Origin: Asterias rubens | Taxonomy: Eukaryota | Assembly (NCBI RefSeq): GCF_902459465.1 | Contig: NC_047066.1 | Coordinates: 20,088,001 to 20,152,000, forward strand | Length of the DNA: 64,000 nucleotides | Direction: 5' to 3' | In this document: positions 23,521 through 37,202 of the stretch, one piece after another | Layout of the letters: every line of letters starts with the position of its first letter | Numbering within the stretch: the first letter of the stretch is position 1 | Notes under the pieces: model-generated | The model's database searches: none | What the model was told of the DNA's origin: nothing | What the model saw: only the letters and a program-made list of their open reading frames with translations | Position numbers and translations under genes: made by a program

Positions 23521-24835
23521 AAAATAGTCAGTTTTAAATAGCTCAAATTTAAATAGAAATGCACATGTAAGAAATTGCGAGATGCAATCCTAAACTGTGT
23601 GCACGTAAAATATTTTAGAAATTAGTTTGCCAGAAGAATGCAACTATAAAGATTTGTCATGTAAGTTCCCCAAGTCCAAATACTCCAAGTCACTTATTGT
23701 AAATAATAAGCACTAGCAGCTTCAAAAGCAAAGAAGTCATTATATTTTCTGAAACCTTTTCAGATTGCGAGAACAAATAATAAGAATAGTAATGAGGAAT
23801 GGGAGTGTCTATTTATTATTATATATTTTGTGATAATTATCTATAGAATATTTAGACATTTTTTAGAACTCAGAATCTGTACAATTGATCACTATACCAG
23901 TGTGGTGTTTGTGTTCAGAGTAAAATCAAAATTCAATTTCTTTGTTTCAAATAAACCTTTGAAGGAGGTAGTGATAATTGTTGGTCTGTTTGACGCAATC
24001 AGTATGGAGGCCATTGCCTTCTATACAAACAAGTTAGTATTTTTGACGGTCAGTTTCTGAAGCTTTCTAATGGTACCCACCTATTCATTTTTATAGGCCA
24101 TCGTCCCCTTTAACAATAATTAACTATCAACATATAGGTCAGGGTTGGGAAAACCCAAGCTTAATTTCGGAGTCCAGTGTCCCAGATATTGTGGTAATGG
24201 TCCCACTAAAATTTTAAGGGCCATGTACCAGAGATTTATGTTTATGATCGGCATTTAATGATTAGTGTATTCAATACACTCACTACACACCCTTTGGAAT
24301 TCCCTGCAGACTAGTAAAAGTCAATTTTGGAAAATTGGCAAGAAACAAAGCGTAAATCATAGCCTGGATCCTTCATAAATCACCCCATGAGAGAAAGAAA
24401 GCTCCCTTTACTTAAGGTCTGGGGAACTTGTCGTGAACTGTGTGTGAAGTATTATGAATATAGTTTGAACTACATTTGTTAGGATTAGCCCTTGGCTTTA
24501 TTTTTGTTCTTTCACTTGCCGGCGGTGGGGAACAGAATAAGCTTGCCTTTTTTACAGTTCAGAACTTGAAGTCTCGTGTGGTGACGGTGACAGCCTGTGG
24601 GTCAGACAACTAACATTGCCAAATATTAGTTGTTTTTGAGTAGTGTCCAGTGTTACACATGAACAAGAATTGTAAATCGAAGCTGAACTTTTTGTGATAT
24701 CAGAGCTTAAATTCAGGGTGTTGCTAACCAAACAATTAGATGCTTACAACAACCTTACCCGTCAGTGCAGAATTCCTTTATAGGCAGTGATTTAAAATGG
24801 CCCTATTTCGAGCAATAGTTTTTAAGAATCCTCTG

Positions 24836-25010
24836 GGACCAATTTCATAAAAACTGTAAGCATAAAAAAGCACAGTTAAACCTTGCTTAACAGAAGTTAG
24901 TTACCAGCCAAATTCTATTAAGTTTACATTGTTGCAAGTGATGCCACACTTATTTGTTATTAGCAAAGTAATTTGCTAAGCAGTATATAGTTGTTATATG
25001 AAATTGGGCT
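24836..25010. mobile_element. Harbinger/PIF-like MITE with CTG TSD
   Basis: ctg|ggaccaatttcata ... tatgaaattgggct|ctg. Confidence 0.75.
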
Positions 25011-26310
25011 CTGATCTTATTTGCATAACAATTTACTAGTCAGTTGGACTTCTTTGTCATGTTTCCCGTGTGCTTAAAAAAGCATTAATGAATTCCATGA
25101 CTATTTTTCTCTTCAGCCTCAGTTTGGTTACATTGTTGTATAGGAGAAAACAAAATGGCAGCTCCATAAACGTTCAACGTCCATTCGTACGTGCACGTAC
25201 TAAAACCTGAGTCTTTGTTTTCTCTTGAGCGTTCAGTCCAGGCTCCATGGGATTGACTTTGATTGACTTTGTATCTGTTATGATATTGGGTATGCAGTTC
25301 AAGGTTGAAGCTGGTTAAACCATGCATGGGTTGTGCATGTTTCAAACTCTTATGATAATTTTGTGCATGGCAATTGGGTTAATGTCCAGACTCCTAGGTT
25401 GAAATGAACACATGAACACTCTACTGTTGAAATCATCAAACTACTTGTTTTATACTTTTATACTATTTTGTTTTAGTGTGATGAACATTACATGAGAAGG
25501 CAATATGAAAATATAGAGTAATATTTTTCACAGGACTTGAGCAATTCAAGTCAATTCAATTTTGGTTGATAAACAAAAAAATACATCACCAAATAAAAAG
25601 TCAAACTCAAACACTAAAGGAATTTGAATTTGGTTTACAATCAGTGTATGGGTTTAACAGATATAACATTTTGTTTCAAAGAAAGGCCATTAATAATAAA
25701 TGAGGTTTTTTTTTATCCCACAAGCCCTAAGCAGTTTGGAACAGCTATTTTCTTCCTAAAAAGAGTATGATAACTAATGGAGTTATTTTAAGTGTGCAGA
25801 AACAGTAGAAACACAACCTATCCCACAAAATCCTTCTTTGAATTTGAACCTTAACATCATAAAATTGTTGTAATGGCTTTTTGATACGTTGTACCAACAA
25901 GTCCACATCCACGAGGCAAAGAAGAAAGAAAAAACAGAGACAAAATCTAGCCTGAAAGACGAATTAGGCCGTGTAAGCTTGCCCGGGGCTACAACTGAGT
26001 CACTGGAAATGGGGGAAATTTTTTCTCGTAATGCTCAACTGTGCAGTTAATATGAACAGGATACGTTGCGTGTACAACAAACTCCTATGCCCCTTTTTTC
26101 TTACGATCAAGGAGTGAATAGTAGGCACGGGTGATTGGTTTAGTTTCTCTCTGATGAATGAGTGAATATGTATTGCTTGAGTAGACTCATACTTTTGCCA
26201 GGTACTACTGTATGCGATCAATAAGGCAATTGGCTGGTCTGTCATTACTGTCTCGGTGCCTCTTTCGGTCAGCATCTTGGTTTAACTCTATAGTTTTGTT
26301 TTTTGTTTTT

Positions 26311-26487
26311 TAGACCTGATGGTTCACGGAGGCAACGAAGACGATTGCCTCCACGCCCCCCTGGTCATTGCCTTGGTACCCTTGAAATGCTCCAGTAGAA
26401 GTTTACAATTTCCTCATAGGGTGCCCGTTATCAAGGAGAAAATGCCTTGGTGCCCTTGCTCTTTCAAAAACAAAGCATACAGGCCTG
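26311..26487. mobile_element. CAGGCCTG-ended MITE (hAT-like)
   Basis: The body gccccc..ggtcattgccttggt.cccttg..aaaaac.aagca..caggcctg is shared with 30955-31120, 33709-33881, 55813-55945 and 59518-59653. Confidence 0.65.
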
Positions 26488-26991
26488 GTGTTTATTCGAA
26501 AACTATGTAACTTCAGAGGGAGCCATTTTTCAGAATGTTTTATACTATCAACCTCTCCTCATTACTCGTTACCAAGTAAGGTTTTATGCTAACAATTATT
26601 TTGAGAAATTACCAATAGCCTTTAAGTAGCAACCTGCACTCCTATTTGGATGCCGGTGCTGCATAACCCTCAGGAGTTTTCATGAATGCTTCAAGCCTGA
26701 TAAGCAGATGATATAAGTAAATTTGAAGGGCCACTTGGCTTAAAAAAGTGCATAATAAATACTTATTAAATTATGAAAGGTATTCTTAGCGTGGAAATGG
26801 ATCACTACAGCCGGTGATTCATTTACATGCACATTAATTCCAGTTTCCTTTAAACTGACCAGTTATCAAGCATAATAACTTTTCAGGATGTTCTCCACCA
26901 TTAGTAATTATGATCTGTCAATCAATTAGGCTGGAGTTTTGATCGGTCACTCCTGGAACCGATTTCCAGATTGTTGAATACAGACTGAGTT

Positions 26992-27131
26992 AATAGACGG
27001 AAATTTGCATCAGGGATAAAGAATATTAATTTTGTTTTTTTTACCTGTAATTATACACCAATGTGTGTATATTCAGTACTTTCTCTCTAGTGTCTAGTTG
27101 ATAAGACACTGCTCTAGAATTGCAAAGGTTA
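26992..27131. mobile_element. Degenerate SINE with an inverted tail joined to a forward head
   Basis: The reverse-complement tail (gaaatttgcatcagggataaagaatattaatttt...cagtactttc) is followed by the head tctagttgataagacactgctctagaattgcaaagg. Confidence 0.65.
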
Positions 27132-28000
27132 CAAAAAAAATAAAAGGTAATTTGATCATCAGTTAATCTAGAATCTTTTCCGTTTCATAAGAAAAAACCC
27201 CAAGCAAGTCCTTCATGTTCGAAAATGTTTAATGTTGCTTATATATTGTGTGGGGGTGGGGGATTTCAAAAGGTAAAGGCTGTCATTATGTTGAAATGAC
27301 AAGTTCTGTTATTAAAAAGCCCAGGGCGATCATTCCTCACGGTAACTGCTTCTTGAAATTCAATCTCTGAATAATTTATATCTAAAGAAAGGTCGCTCAT
27401 TTTTTCCATTTATTCTTCTTTCAAGACAGTATGTAAAAATTTATAATTTATAACACATTAGAGAAAACATATTCAGTATGTTTTCTCAATGGGTGGATGG
27501 TTTGATGGACGGTTGTTCGCTGGTTGTCATAGCTCAATTGAATGCACTTCAATATTGAAATGAAAATTCCATCAAAAAAATATAATAAATCAAAATTGTA
27601 TTCACTGTTAAACTTGCATTTAATTTTTTTTTTTAAATAAAACTTTGATTGTGGACACTATAGTGCTTCTGTACTCAAACCCTTCCCTGTAATGTAAACA
27701 CACTAAGCATTTTTCAAAGTATTAAAAGCCATTGGTTTTCAGTCGGTGTATAGAATATTGAAAACTCAAATTTTGAGGCCATTTATGTGCACTGTGTACC
27801 TTCCCTTAGTCCGCAATTACATTCCTGTCATTACACCATGTATACTTACCCAGATAAATACAAACATTTCCTTTAAAAGGGAGGGCGTGGATATTACAGT
27901 TTTAGAAACCAGACAGGAAAAATAAATACATTACTAGGGTGTACAAGGCCCTTATTTAAAAAAAAAATCAAAAGAGATTGTGTAAAACATGAAATAACAT

Positions 28001-28241
28001 AATAGATGTTAAATTTGCATCGGGGATAAAGAATATTAATTTTGGTTTTTACCCATACACCGATGTGTGTTAGCACTGTATACTCAGTACTTTCCCGAGT
28101 CCTGTGAAAACTGCCTCTAGCTGCCGGGCAACCTCGGTAGTCTAGTTGGTAAGACACTGCTCTAGAATTGCAAGGGTCGTGGGTTCGAATCCCACCCGAG
28201 TAACATGCCTGTGATATTTTTTCACAGGGCTCGGGAAAGTA
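28001..28241. mobile_element. Well-preserved tRNA-derived SINE with a 5' inversion and a 12-bp TSD
   Basis: TSD atgaaataacat at 27989-28000 and 28242-28253. The head has tagtctagttgg ... ggttcgaatccc. A 23-bp inverted duplication (tactttcccgagtcctgtgaaaa / ttttcacagggctcgggaaagta) marks the inversion. Confidence 0.85.
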
Positions 28242-30954
28242 ATGAAATAACATGATATTACCAACAAACAAAACAGCAAATTACTTAATTGAACCAATCT
28301 CACTAACTTGTGGCTCTCAGTAAATAAATTGTGTAGGGTTTACGTTACAAAACCCCTATTTATGATTTTCTAAAGAAAAGTGATTTCTCTAATGACATTA
28401 TCTTACAGTGTGCATGTTTAAAGAGCTTGGCAATGAATCGGAGGCTAAAAGGGCACAGATCTCACGCGCGAGACACGCCGTTCCTCTTGACGAGCGTAGA
28501 GCATGCCCCTTGGCGCTAGCTATCTTGGCTTGTCCGATGCCTTCGTCGCGGACACTCTCTCCTCTATCCAGAAGGGACACACTCACTGCGGGATAAAAGA
28601 TCCATGATCTTTTAGTTGATCCTCCGCATAGGAAATCAAATCAGTCCAAATTGCTGTGGGTTCTCCAGAGAATAGCCAAGAACATTTTTCAGGTATCGCA
28701 TGACAGATTTTTTTCCCCCTCTCTCCTTTACTTTAGAGGCTCAAGAAGTTTTTTGTAGTAATCACAGGGATATGACTGCTTAGAGATATGATAGCTTCTT
28801 GATTGGTGCAATGCAAGCTATTTACAGGGCTGTGCCGAGGCATGTGGAGTGGTGGAATTTCTGGTGCACTCGATACATCTGTGTCCATAATAATACTTAG
28901 GGAAGATGGAACGGAAATTAAGACACCATTCAAGAACATGAATCTGATTGATTTTATCATGTACAGTACATTAGTAAGAGCTGACATGTAAGATCAGGCA
29001 TGAAATTATTCCTACTTAAGTCTGATTTCTGACTTTTTGGCCCTTAAAAAAGTCTGAAAATCGTAAACAAATAACCTGCAAAGTCTATAGGCCTACCACA
29101 TGTACACTGTACATGTACATTTTGTACATCGGGCCTTGTACTTGGTGACATTTCCAATCGTTTTCAAAGGGCGTAATATCATTATCATGTATGTAATATG
29201 AACCCTATAACTCCATGATTGGAAAAGTTTAAACAGTGTTGGAAGTTTGAAAGACCTTATTTTCACACTCAATGGATTTCTAGGGAGGTTCAAAAGAAAA
29301 TTTGTGTCCTATCTGTGCGACACTTGAATTCTAACACACTTGAAAACTACAGGGAAAAAGCTATTTTCCAGGAAATTGTTACTCCGAGTAGCACTCATAC
29401 ACTGAGATTTAGTCATACTGAGTGCGCATTTCCCTCAAGGAAAATTTATTTAAAATGTGACATGATCATTGGGATGGAGTTATTTATTTCCTGAGAATTT
29501 GCTCTGTAGTGAGAAAAAAAGATCTGACATCAGATTTGGTTTTCCCACTAGATTAGGCCTATATCCGATCCAAAATAACCCCAAAGTTTTCATGTAAATA
29601 TTTTCCGGGGAAAGATTTCTTGTGATGACTGTGGAGATGGCCTTTTTGAAAACAGTGATGCGCATTTTGGGAAGATAGGACACGTAGGGCCGATTTAATG
29701 CACACAGTCCACAGTTCCAAACAGATTCCATCAGGTGCAGTAATTGATACAGGAACAAACGCCTTTTATGCTTGCTTTTTCTCAAAATGTCATAAGATTT
29801 CATCTGGACCACTAACCAAAGAGCGAAATAGAAATCTCATTGATTGGTAAAACCAATATCGGAACAATTAGCTTTATTTAAGGGAAACCACATCTACCTT
29901 AGGGAGTACGGTGACAGAACTGAAATAATCCACAATGAATTTTTTTGCACCTGCTATATAAATTGAGAATGGCCCCCTTGTTGTTTGACCTCCTTGTGCC
30001 AATCTGGCACAGACAGGTAGCCTGTCAAAGCCCCACCAAAAGGTCACTAATCACCTGTTATAACATTTATCCCCAGTCTCACCACCTTACGCCATCCCAA
30101 TCCAGCCACCTCCTCCCCTGGAGCAGGCACAGCGACATCCACACCATCCCCATGCATTCTTTGACTTGTAAATAGGCATCACACCATCACACCAACCCCC
30201 TAAGTGGGTCTCAGATCAATGGTCCTGGGACACTTGGGGTTTAGTTGGCCTAAATGCTCTGACATCCCAGTCATGAATTTTCAGTCGGGGAGAAGCTGAG
30301 GGTATCACTTTACGGCAATCCAAGTCGGGCTTTTGGCCCTGGTGTAATGGCTCCAGATGCTTGAGTTTGTCTTGAAGAGGCTGATCACGTTACCTGTGCC
30401 AAGCACCTGGATAGGCTGGGGGGTGACAAGGACGTGCATACTGGCCCAAATCTAGGCCAATTAACCCTTGGTCTCCTTGGGCTGATGGGGAACAGGGTGA
30501 TTTGTGACAGGAAATTTTGCATTTTTCCCCTTTTTTCATTACCTGGCTTTAATATTATGATGAAGGAAAAAAACGTTTGAGTCAACACAGAAGCATGGGA
30601 TGAGGATTCTGTTGTTTGGATGGGTAGTTTGATTTCATCAGAGAGCCTCCCTCCATGGTTTCATGGACTAAGACAAGATAGTATCATGTTCATCTGCAGC
30701 ACATTGTAAATTAGTCTGGCGCCCACTTGACACTTAATATTGATAACACCAGTGTTTCCAGATTGTGTACTACTTGAAAGGACGGTGTAGAGTGAAGTAT
30801 AGGTCACGTACAGTTTAAGTCAGTAAAATAGAAACTTTTAAGTTAAAACATTTTCAAAGCAAGAAAACATCAGGTGTAGTCTAAAGATAGGAAACAAATT
30901 TTATCTTCACTGTTGAGTACCCTAACGTATAAGCGTAACACTGTTTGCTTAACC

Positions 30955-31120
30955 AGCCATGGTAATTCGTGGAGGCATTGCCTTCATTGCCCCTGGTCAT
31001 TTGCCTTGGTGCCCCTTGTAATGCTTCAATAGAAATTTACAGTTAAGTCGTAGAGGTGCCTTTTGCCAAGAAGAAATGTCTTGGTGCCCTTGCCCTTTCA
31101 AAAACGAAGCACCAGGCCTG
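30955..31120. mobile_element. CAGGCCTG-ended MITE copy
   Basis: Same body and 3' end as 26311-26487. Confidence 0.65.
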
Positions 31121-32078
31121 GCTGAACTTCCAACTTGTTAAAAGTCACAAAACATTGTCACTGTATTTTCACATGAACGACAAATCCATCCACATTTAGT
31201 GAGGTGACTGCGGGTACCAACACGAACTCTGACTGCAGTATTTGCGACCCAACACCAACCCTCAGAAATCTGAGAAACGATTCATTCATTAATCATTTCG
31301 TTTCTCAGAATCAAACATTTTCGGGTGAAAAATTATGTTACTTTTCTCAAAAAAGGTTATACTATTAACAGCTGCAGTGCTTCTTACCACGTAGGTTTTT
31401 ATTGTCGTTAATTTGTTGAGTACTTACCAATCTACAACCCTACCTATAAGTTGGTCTTACTCCTTTATAACTGTTTTATATTGAACACCTGTGTGTCCAA
31501 ACAGTTTTAAAGTTAAACTAATTTGCCGATCATGTTTTAGTCCCCAAAAGTTAGACCTTCAAGTTGGAGGATTTATCTCTAAACCACTTGAGTTTTATCT
31601 AATAACATTGCAGTTTCAGACAATAAAAATCGGCCACATGGGGTCTAAGTTAAGCAGACGGATAGGTTTTAGCAGAAGATAAACCACATCAGGTTTAACT
31701 GTCCATGAGGTCAAGCTGTTTGAATTCACGGTAAAACAAAATAAAAAATAAACTGTAGAAGTTGAAAAGAAAAGTGTAGCTCTATTTTGGATATTGTTTG
31801 AAACTCCATATTTTCAGTTTATTGTTGAGGGCAGGGAGCAATGAAGTTGATATTACTTACTGCTGGAATATTTCAAGGGCCACCAAGGCATTGACCAGGG
31901 GCATGGAGGCAATTCTCCCATAACAGTGGTCCACTGGCCAAATGCGTGTTAAAATGTCCAATAACAAGTCAGGAATCTGTCCAGCTGACAAGTTGAATAG
32001 CAATGTTGAAATAAACCCCAAAATATAGACCACTGAAAAAGCTGGGGGACTAGTGAAATGACAAGCTAACTAGTCCTG

Positions 32079-32222
32079 GGACCGATTTCACAAAGAGCTA
32101 CGATTGATCTTAACTGCAAATCAACCGTAGTTGCTTTGTAAAGTGTGGTGTCACAATACAAATCACTATGGTAATACTGCAATTTGTCTTACGTTGGATT
32201 ATATGGCTTTGTGAAATCGACC
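32079..32222. mobile_element. Harbinger/PIF-like MITE
   Basis: TIRs ggaccgatttcacaaag ... ctttgtgaaatcgacc. Confidence 0.7.
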
Positions 32223-33416
32223 CATGCTGGCTTCCTTATCACTGAAAAAGCTTTAAAGGCCAAACCCTGTCCTGTATTTTGCAAGTTGATCTACTATTGT
32301 AGCCACACCCACTTGATGCAAACACTTTTGAATATTTACAGTAGCCTTTTAGAATTATCAAACAAAGCTAGCGCAACTCATACTCATCATGTTCAATACC
32401 ACGGCTTCAGCGTAAAGATCTTGATGGGATTGGCCCTTGAACAAAGTATTATATCAAATTCCACTTACTCAACACCTGTATACTGTAACAGGACAGTGTG
32501 CTAATTTTACCTCGTCCTGACAAGCCGAGGGAAAGTGCACAGGAACCATCGGTATAATTTACACATCTAATAACACTCGAGTAGGGGAAATCAGGATACA
32601 AATTAATGCAAGAATATTTCCTGTGTTGAAAGGGAGAGAGGATCTCCAGCAGATAGTGTTTATAACACCCAATGCAGCTCAATAGACTAGGCACTATAGG
32701 ACGTTCACCCGAACTATTTCAAGCATGCTTTGATTCTTTGACTGTTTTTAATAGTGGGAAGTTGAATGAGTTTATAGGCTTGACATTGATTGTGTCCAAC
32801 ACTCAACGGAGTGTACTAGAGGAAAACTTTGTTTCCCTAATAGCTTGTTGCTACTGAACATCAGGCACTCTGTCACTCAGATTGTAGAAAGCTTAGTGAT
32901 TTCTCTTGTAAATGTTACTGGGATCATACACTGAAGCTGAGATGCAGTCAAGGTATAGGTTGATTGAACTCTGATGTTGTTACCAACCTCCGATCACAGT
33001 TTCAACTTGATTAAAGTTTTGCTGTTAGCCACCCCAATCTATCAAAATCCAACAGCATGTTTTTGTTTGATTGAGGCTTGCACTATAGTGGTAAACTGAT
33101 TGTGCTTTACATGGGATCCAGAATACCACCATAATCAGAATGTTAAAGCGCATTCAGCCGCCTGTGCGAAACACTACGGCAAAACCTTTTCTTATCGATA
33201 AGTGTAGAATGGCATCTTTTGCGTGCATTGCAAAACAGAGAAAACAGAATTAGCTGTTGCAAACTGCTTACTTTCCAAAATGATGGTATAATGCAAACTG
33301 ATAGTTAAAGGCCTGATGTTTGATGCTAGCAGAGTATTTCTCAAAAGGCTGAATTTGAGAAAGACTCTTCCTGGGTTGAAACATCAGGCCAAATAATGTT
33401 TGTATTATAAATCACT

Positions 33417-33585
33417 GGGGACCTACAGCTTAACATCCCATTCAAAGGATGAATCAACGTCCCATCTGAAGGATGAATCAATAATGGTTAAGTGTCTTGC
33501 TTAAGACTGAGACTCGGACCCATACTCTACTGATTAGAAACACCAGAGCTCGAGTCCAGTACGCTTCATCGCTCGGCCAAGACAC
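33417..33585 (-). mobile_element. tRNA-derived SINE
   Basis: The minus strand reads gtgtcttggccgagcg (A box) ... ctcgagctctggtgtttct ... taagcaagacacttaacc ... ggatgggacgtt, with a small internal duplication. Confidence 0.7.
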
Positions 33586-33708
33586 TTTGGCAAAATTTCA
33601 GTATTTCAGATGAACAAACAATTCTCTGGAGGATTGATACCGGTATGAAATTTGTAATCAGTGAGAAGTTGGAAGTTTCATTAAATCTTTGTTGAAAATG
33701 AATCCTTG

Positions 33709-33881
33709 CAGGCCTGGGATTTCATCTTTGTTGAAAGGGCACTTATGGCCATTTTCATTTTGCTAAGAGCTTTTCCTTTGAATCTTAAAGTCTATATGAA
33801 ACATTTGAAGGGGCTTCAAGGCTAAGATCAGGGGCAACAGAGGCCATGGCCTCCGTGGTCCTTGTGTACTTTCCAGGCCTG
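33709..33881. mobile_element. CAGGCCTG-ended MITE with both ends present
   Basis: caggcctgggat ... ttccaggcctg. No TSD was recognisable. Confidence 0.65.
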
Positions 33882-36127
33882 GGTCTGTATTAATATTTTA
33901 TTGCATTCAACAGGCCAACTCTTGTAATACATTTTCTGTTTTACATGTTTGGGGACAATCTGTACAATGAATCAGAAGAATTTTACAATTAGTGTGTCAG
34001 TCTCGACTCTGATCGAATAAAAATTGTCATGATACTTTGTAATTGGCACACAATTATGCACAAGGTGTATGTTTTAAAGTGAGCCTGTAATAGTAGACCC
34101 ATGATAGGTTGTCGTAACATATTCCAGCAACCCTGGCATACCGCAGAGCCTCTAAGCTAATTTGCGTCCATGTTCAGATTCTGTAGATACAGCAGTTAGC
34201 AGCGCTGCGAGGGTAGACTGCATCCAGACAGTGTTTTCATCTTGTCATCGGATCCAATCCCCTTGTATTGTAACACCATCACAGCAGCATCTGCCACACG
34301 GTTCATTAACACCCCTGAGCCCCCTCAATACCCCTCACCTAGCAGTCCACAAATAAACCATGATCGCTAGAAAGAAAAGACTAGAGAAAAAAAAAAACCT
34401 ATGAAAACATTTACTAACCCCGGATATAGTCCCCAAACAGCTGTGTCAGTTAGTCCCAAAGCAAGCAAAGCGAAGCTCTGTGCTCTGTGTTTGATTTTTT
34501 TTTTACTTCGCGAAGGAAGCGTGCCGGCGGGGATTGCTTATATTAGCTACTGAATACCTGCGGAGACGATCTGCGCTGTGTGTTTGCATAGGGTCAGTTG
34601 AAGCCAGTCTCCTGACTGAGGGGAGGCTGGGTTGATGCTGGGCGGCTCTGCTCGGAAACTCAGAAAGACCATGGAGGGACTAGGGGCATGTGATCAATGT
34701 AATGTACGCTTAAATATTTCAGTTGCTGTGGAATTTTCAGTTTTGTTGAATCCTCAAACAGATAAAAAAGTAGTCTGTGAAATTAGCTATAATATGTAAT
34801 GTAGGAGCATGGAGGTAGTGTAGATTTGGGAATGGCTGACAGCCGTGTAGGAAAATAAAAGTTAGTTTAAACTTCAGAATGCAAGCATGAAGCGGTGTAG
34901 ACATGGCTTATTAGTTGAATGTGGGGGTGGGGGGGGGGGGGGGGGGGCACAGAGGGTGCGTGGCTTTTCAAGGGGGAGTGGCTGTTTTTTGTTTGTGCCA
35001 CAGCTCAAAATTTACACTTGACTGCAGGCCCGAGGCCAGTGATTTTAGCATTGGCCGGTAAACTCATTACTGGAGACTGCTACTGTGTAGTGTGGTTTGA
35101 GGCAATAATGTATTTTAAATGCCGTCCTCCATATATTTACATGCAATTTCTTGACTCCCAAGATGGCCGACCACATTCATATCAGATGTGAAGCAGTGTT
35201 GATGTGAAGACAATGGGTCTTTATAGGCTGTGATTTACATAGGCCTAATGTTTGCCAGCTTGCACAACTTCCATGCCAAAAAACTTTTCAACTATCTTGA
35301 AATCATGTCGTCATGTAACAACAACTTGAAACATGTTATTGGCAGCTTTTTGAGTTTCATTACCATAGAGCTTGCTGCTCACTTTAGAGTTTCAACTAAG
35401 TTTTTTTTACCACCTCCCCTCTTGGACAAGTAAAGGTGCCAGTCAATTTGGCTTTTAGCACCGCCTGCATCTAAGCATAACCACAGGAATGCTGGGATAA
35501 GAATGGCAGTCAGACAAGGAGCAATGGTCAGACATGCCAACTGCATGACTCCCTTCCCCTCCCTCTAACCCCCCAAAACACATACACTAGGATTAGCATA
35601 AATTGCTTGGTTGCACAATCAGTCAATCTGATACCACTTGCTTTACTTTTACCCTGTAGAGCAAGCCAACCCTCGGTTTTTACACCTGAATTGTTGGTGC
35701 TATAACTGGCCTTGCTTGAACAAACTAAACAAACAAATCCAATTAGAGAGCGAGCCATTAGAATCACATGAGGAAATGTGGATTTCCAGTTGATTGTTTT
35801 CTGTGAAAGACCATGTTCGATTCGTACATTTTTGTATACTCGGCCCTTGCATGCAAAACAGCTTTTAAACATTTCAAAAAAAAGCATTTACAGAGATGAG
35901 CTGTTTTGCTATTTAGCCTGATGAAAGTGTTAATAGGGGCTGAGATAGGATATTATGTTCACAAATTACATAGTATAGGATGCCTTTGACACTTTGAAGT
36001 GGAGAATTATGCCCTCAAGTTTACCCTAGCTAGAAATTACCAACATTTTCGAGTTAGACTGTGACCTTGTCTCTAAAACTTGGTCCTTGCCGTATGCTGA
36101 GTGAGACTGGTCGAACTCACCCTGCAG

Positions 36128-36485
36128 GGTCCAATTTCATGGTTCTGCTTGCTGCAGAATTCTGCACTTACCACCCATAAACTTACATGCTTCACGAGAT
36201 GCAAAAATTTTGTGGTTAGCAATGAATTTGGACCCAGGGCCCAATTTAATGAAGCTGTTAAGCAGAAAACACTGCTTGAAACATTTGTTTGCTAACCAAC
36301 AATTTAGTTAGGCACCAGTCACAACAGTGCAAACTTAATCCATTTTGGTTGATAACCTGTTTCTACTAAGCAATACTATTCTGTGCTTAGCAATTTTGTG
36401 TGCTTACAGGCTTTGTGAAATTGGGCCCAGTACGCTTCACAAGGTGCACGGAATTTCGTGGTAAGCAAAGCTTTGAAATTGGACC
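36128..36485. mobile_element. Three abutting Harbinger-like MITEs: 36128-36234, 36238-36427 and a 3' remnant to 36485
   Basis: Each end is gg(t/c)ccaattt or aaattgg(a/g)cc, and the elements are separated by cag. Confidence 0.75.
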
Positions 36486-37202
36486 CAGGTTGCTAGCCCT
36501 CTCTCTGGCTGAAATCACTGATTAGTCAGTAAGTGATTAGTTTACTATTAATTTTACTAGTTTAATTCGACCATGAACATTTACCTAGAAGCCTGTATTA
36601 CATGTATGGCGTACATGTACACGTATGCATTGCATGTCAGTTATACCATGCACACACATTTTGTTTTGATACTACTTTAGAGGGGGGGGGGGTTCGGTGG
36701 CAGACACAATGTTTTTTCAAATTCTTTATTAAGGTTTAAATTAAAACAGTTAATGGTCTGTTAGGTAGTCTGTCCAAGTGCATTGAGTTCATTTTAATTG
36801 TCCAATTAAAAGTAACAACAGTGATTTTTGGGGTCAAATTTATTCAAGCATTGAATCTTGAACTATGGATTCACAAACTAAAGGAGCGAATGATGCATTT
36901 ATATAACTTTGCCTCCAGATGTACTTGCTTTAATATGAAGGAAAATAACGATGTGCAGAAGAGGTTTATCAAAATGCACTTTTTTGAGGTAAAAATGTAA
37001 ATTTTTTGAATTTCTACACGTACATGTAGCTTATTTGATTGAATCAAAGCATGGGTCGAGTCTATAGCCATAACTTCAGGATTTCTCATAGAAGTTGATG
37101 TTATCTGTGCTTTCATTTGCAGAGCATTTGGCGCCCCCAAATGATGCAAACACATTTTGTTTACTGTGGTTGTGTGTTTAGTAAGCAAAACTTGTACTGC
37201 AG

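Noticed and set aside
28120-28200. Amber-suppressor tRNA (CTCTAGA loop)
   Set aside because: It is a SINE head within a repeated element, and the arms do not form a valid cloverleaf.
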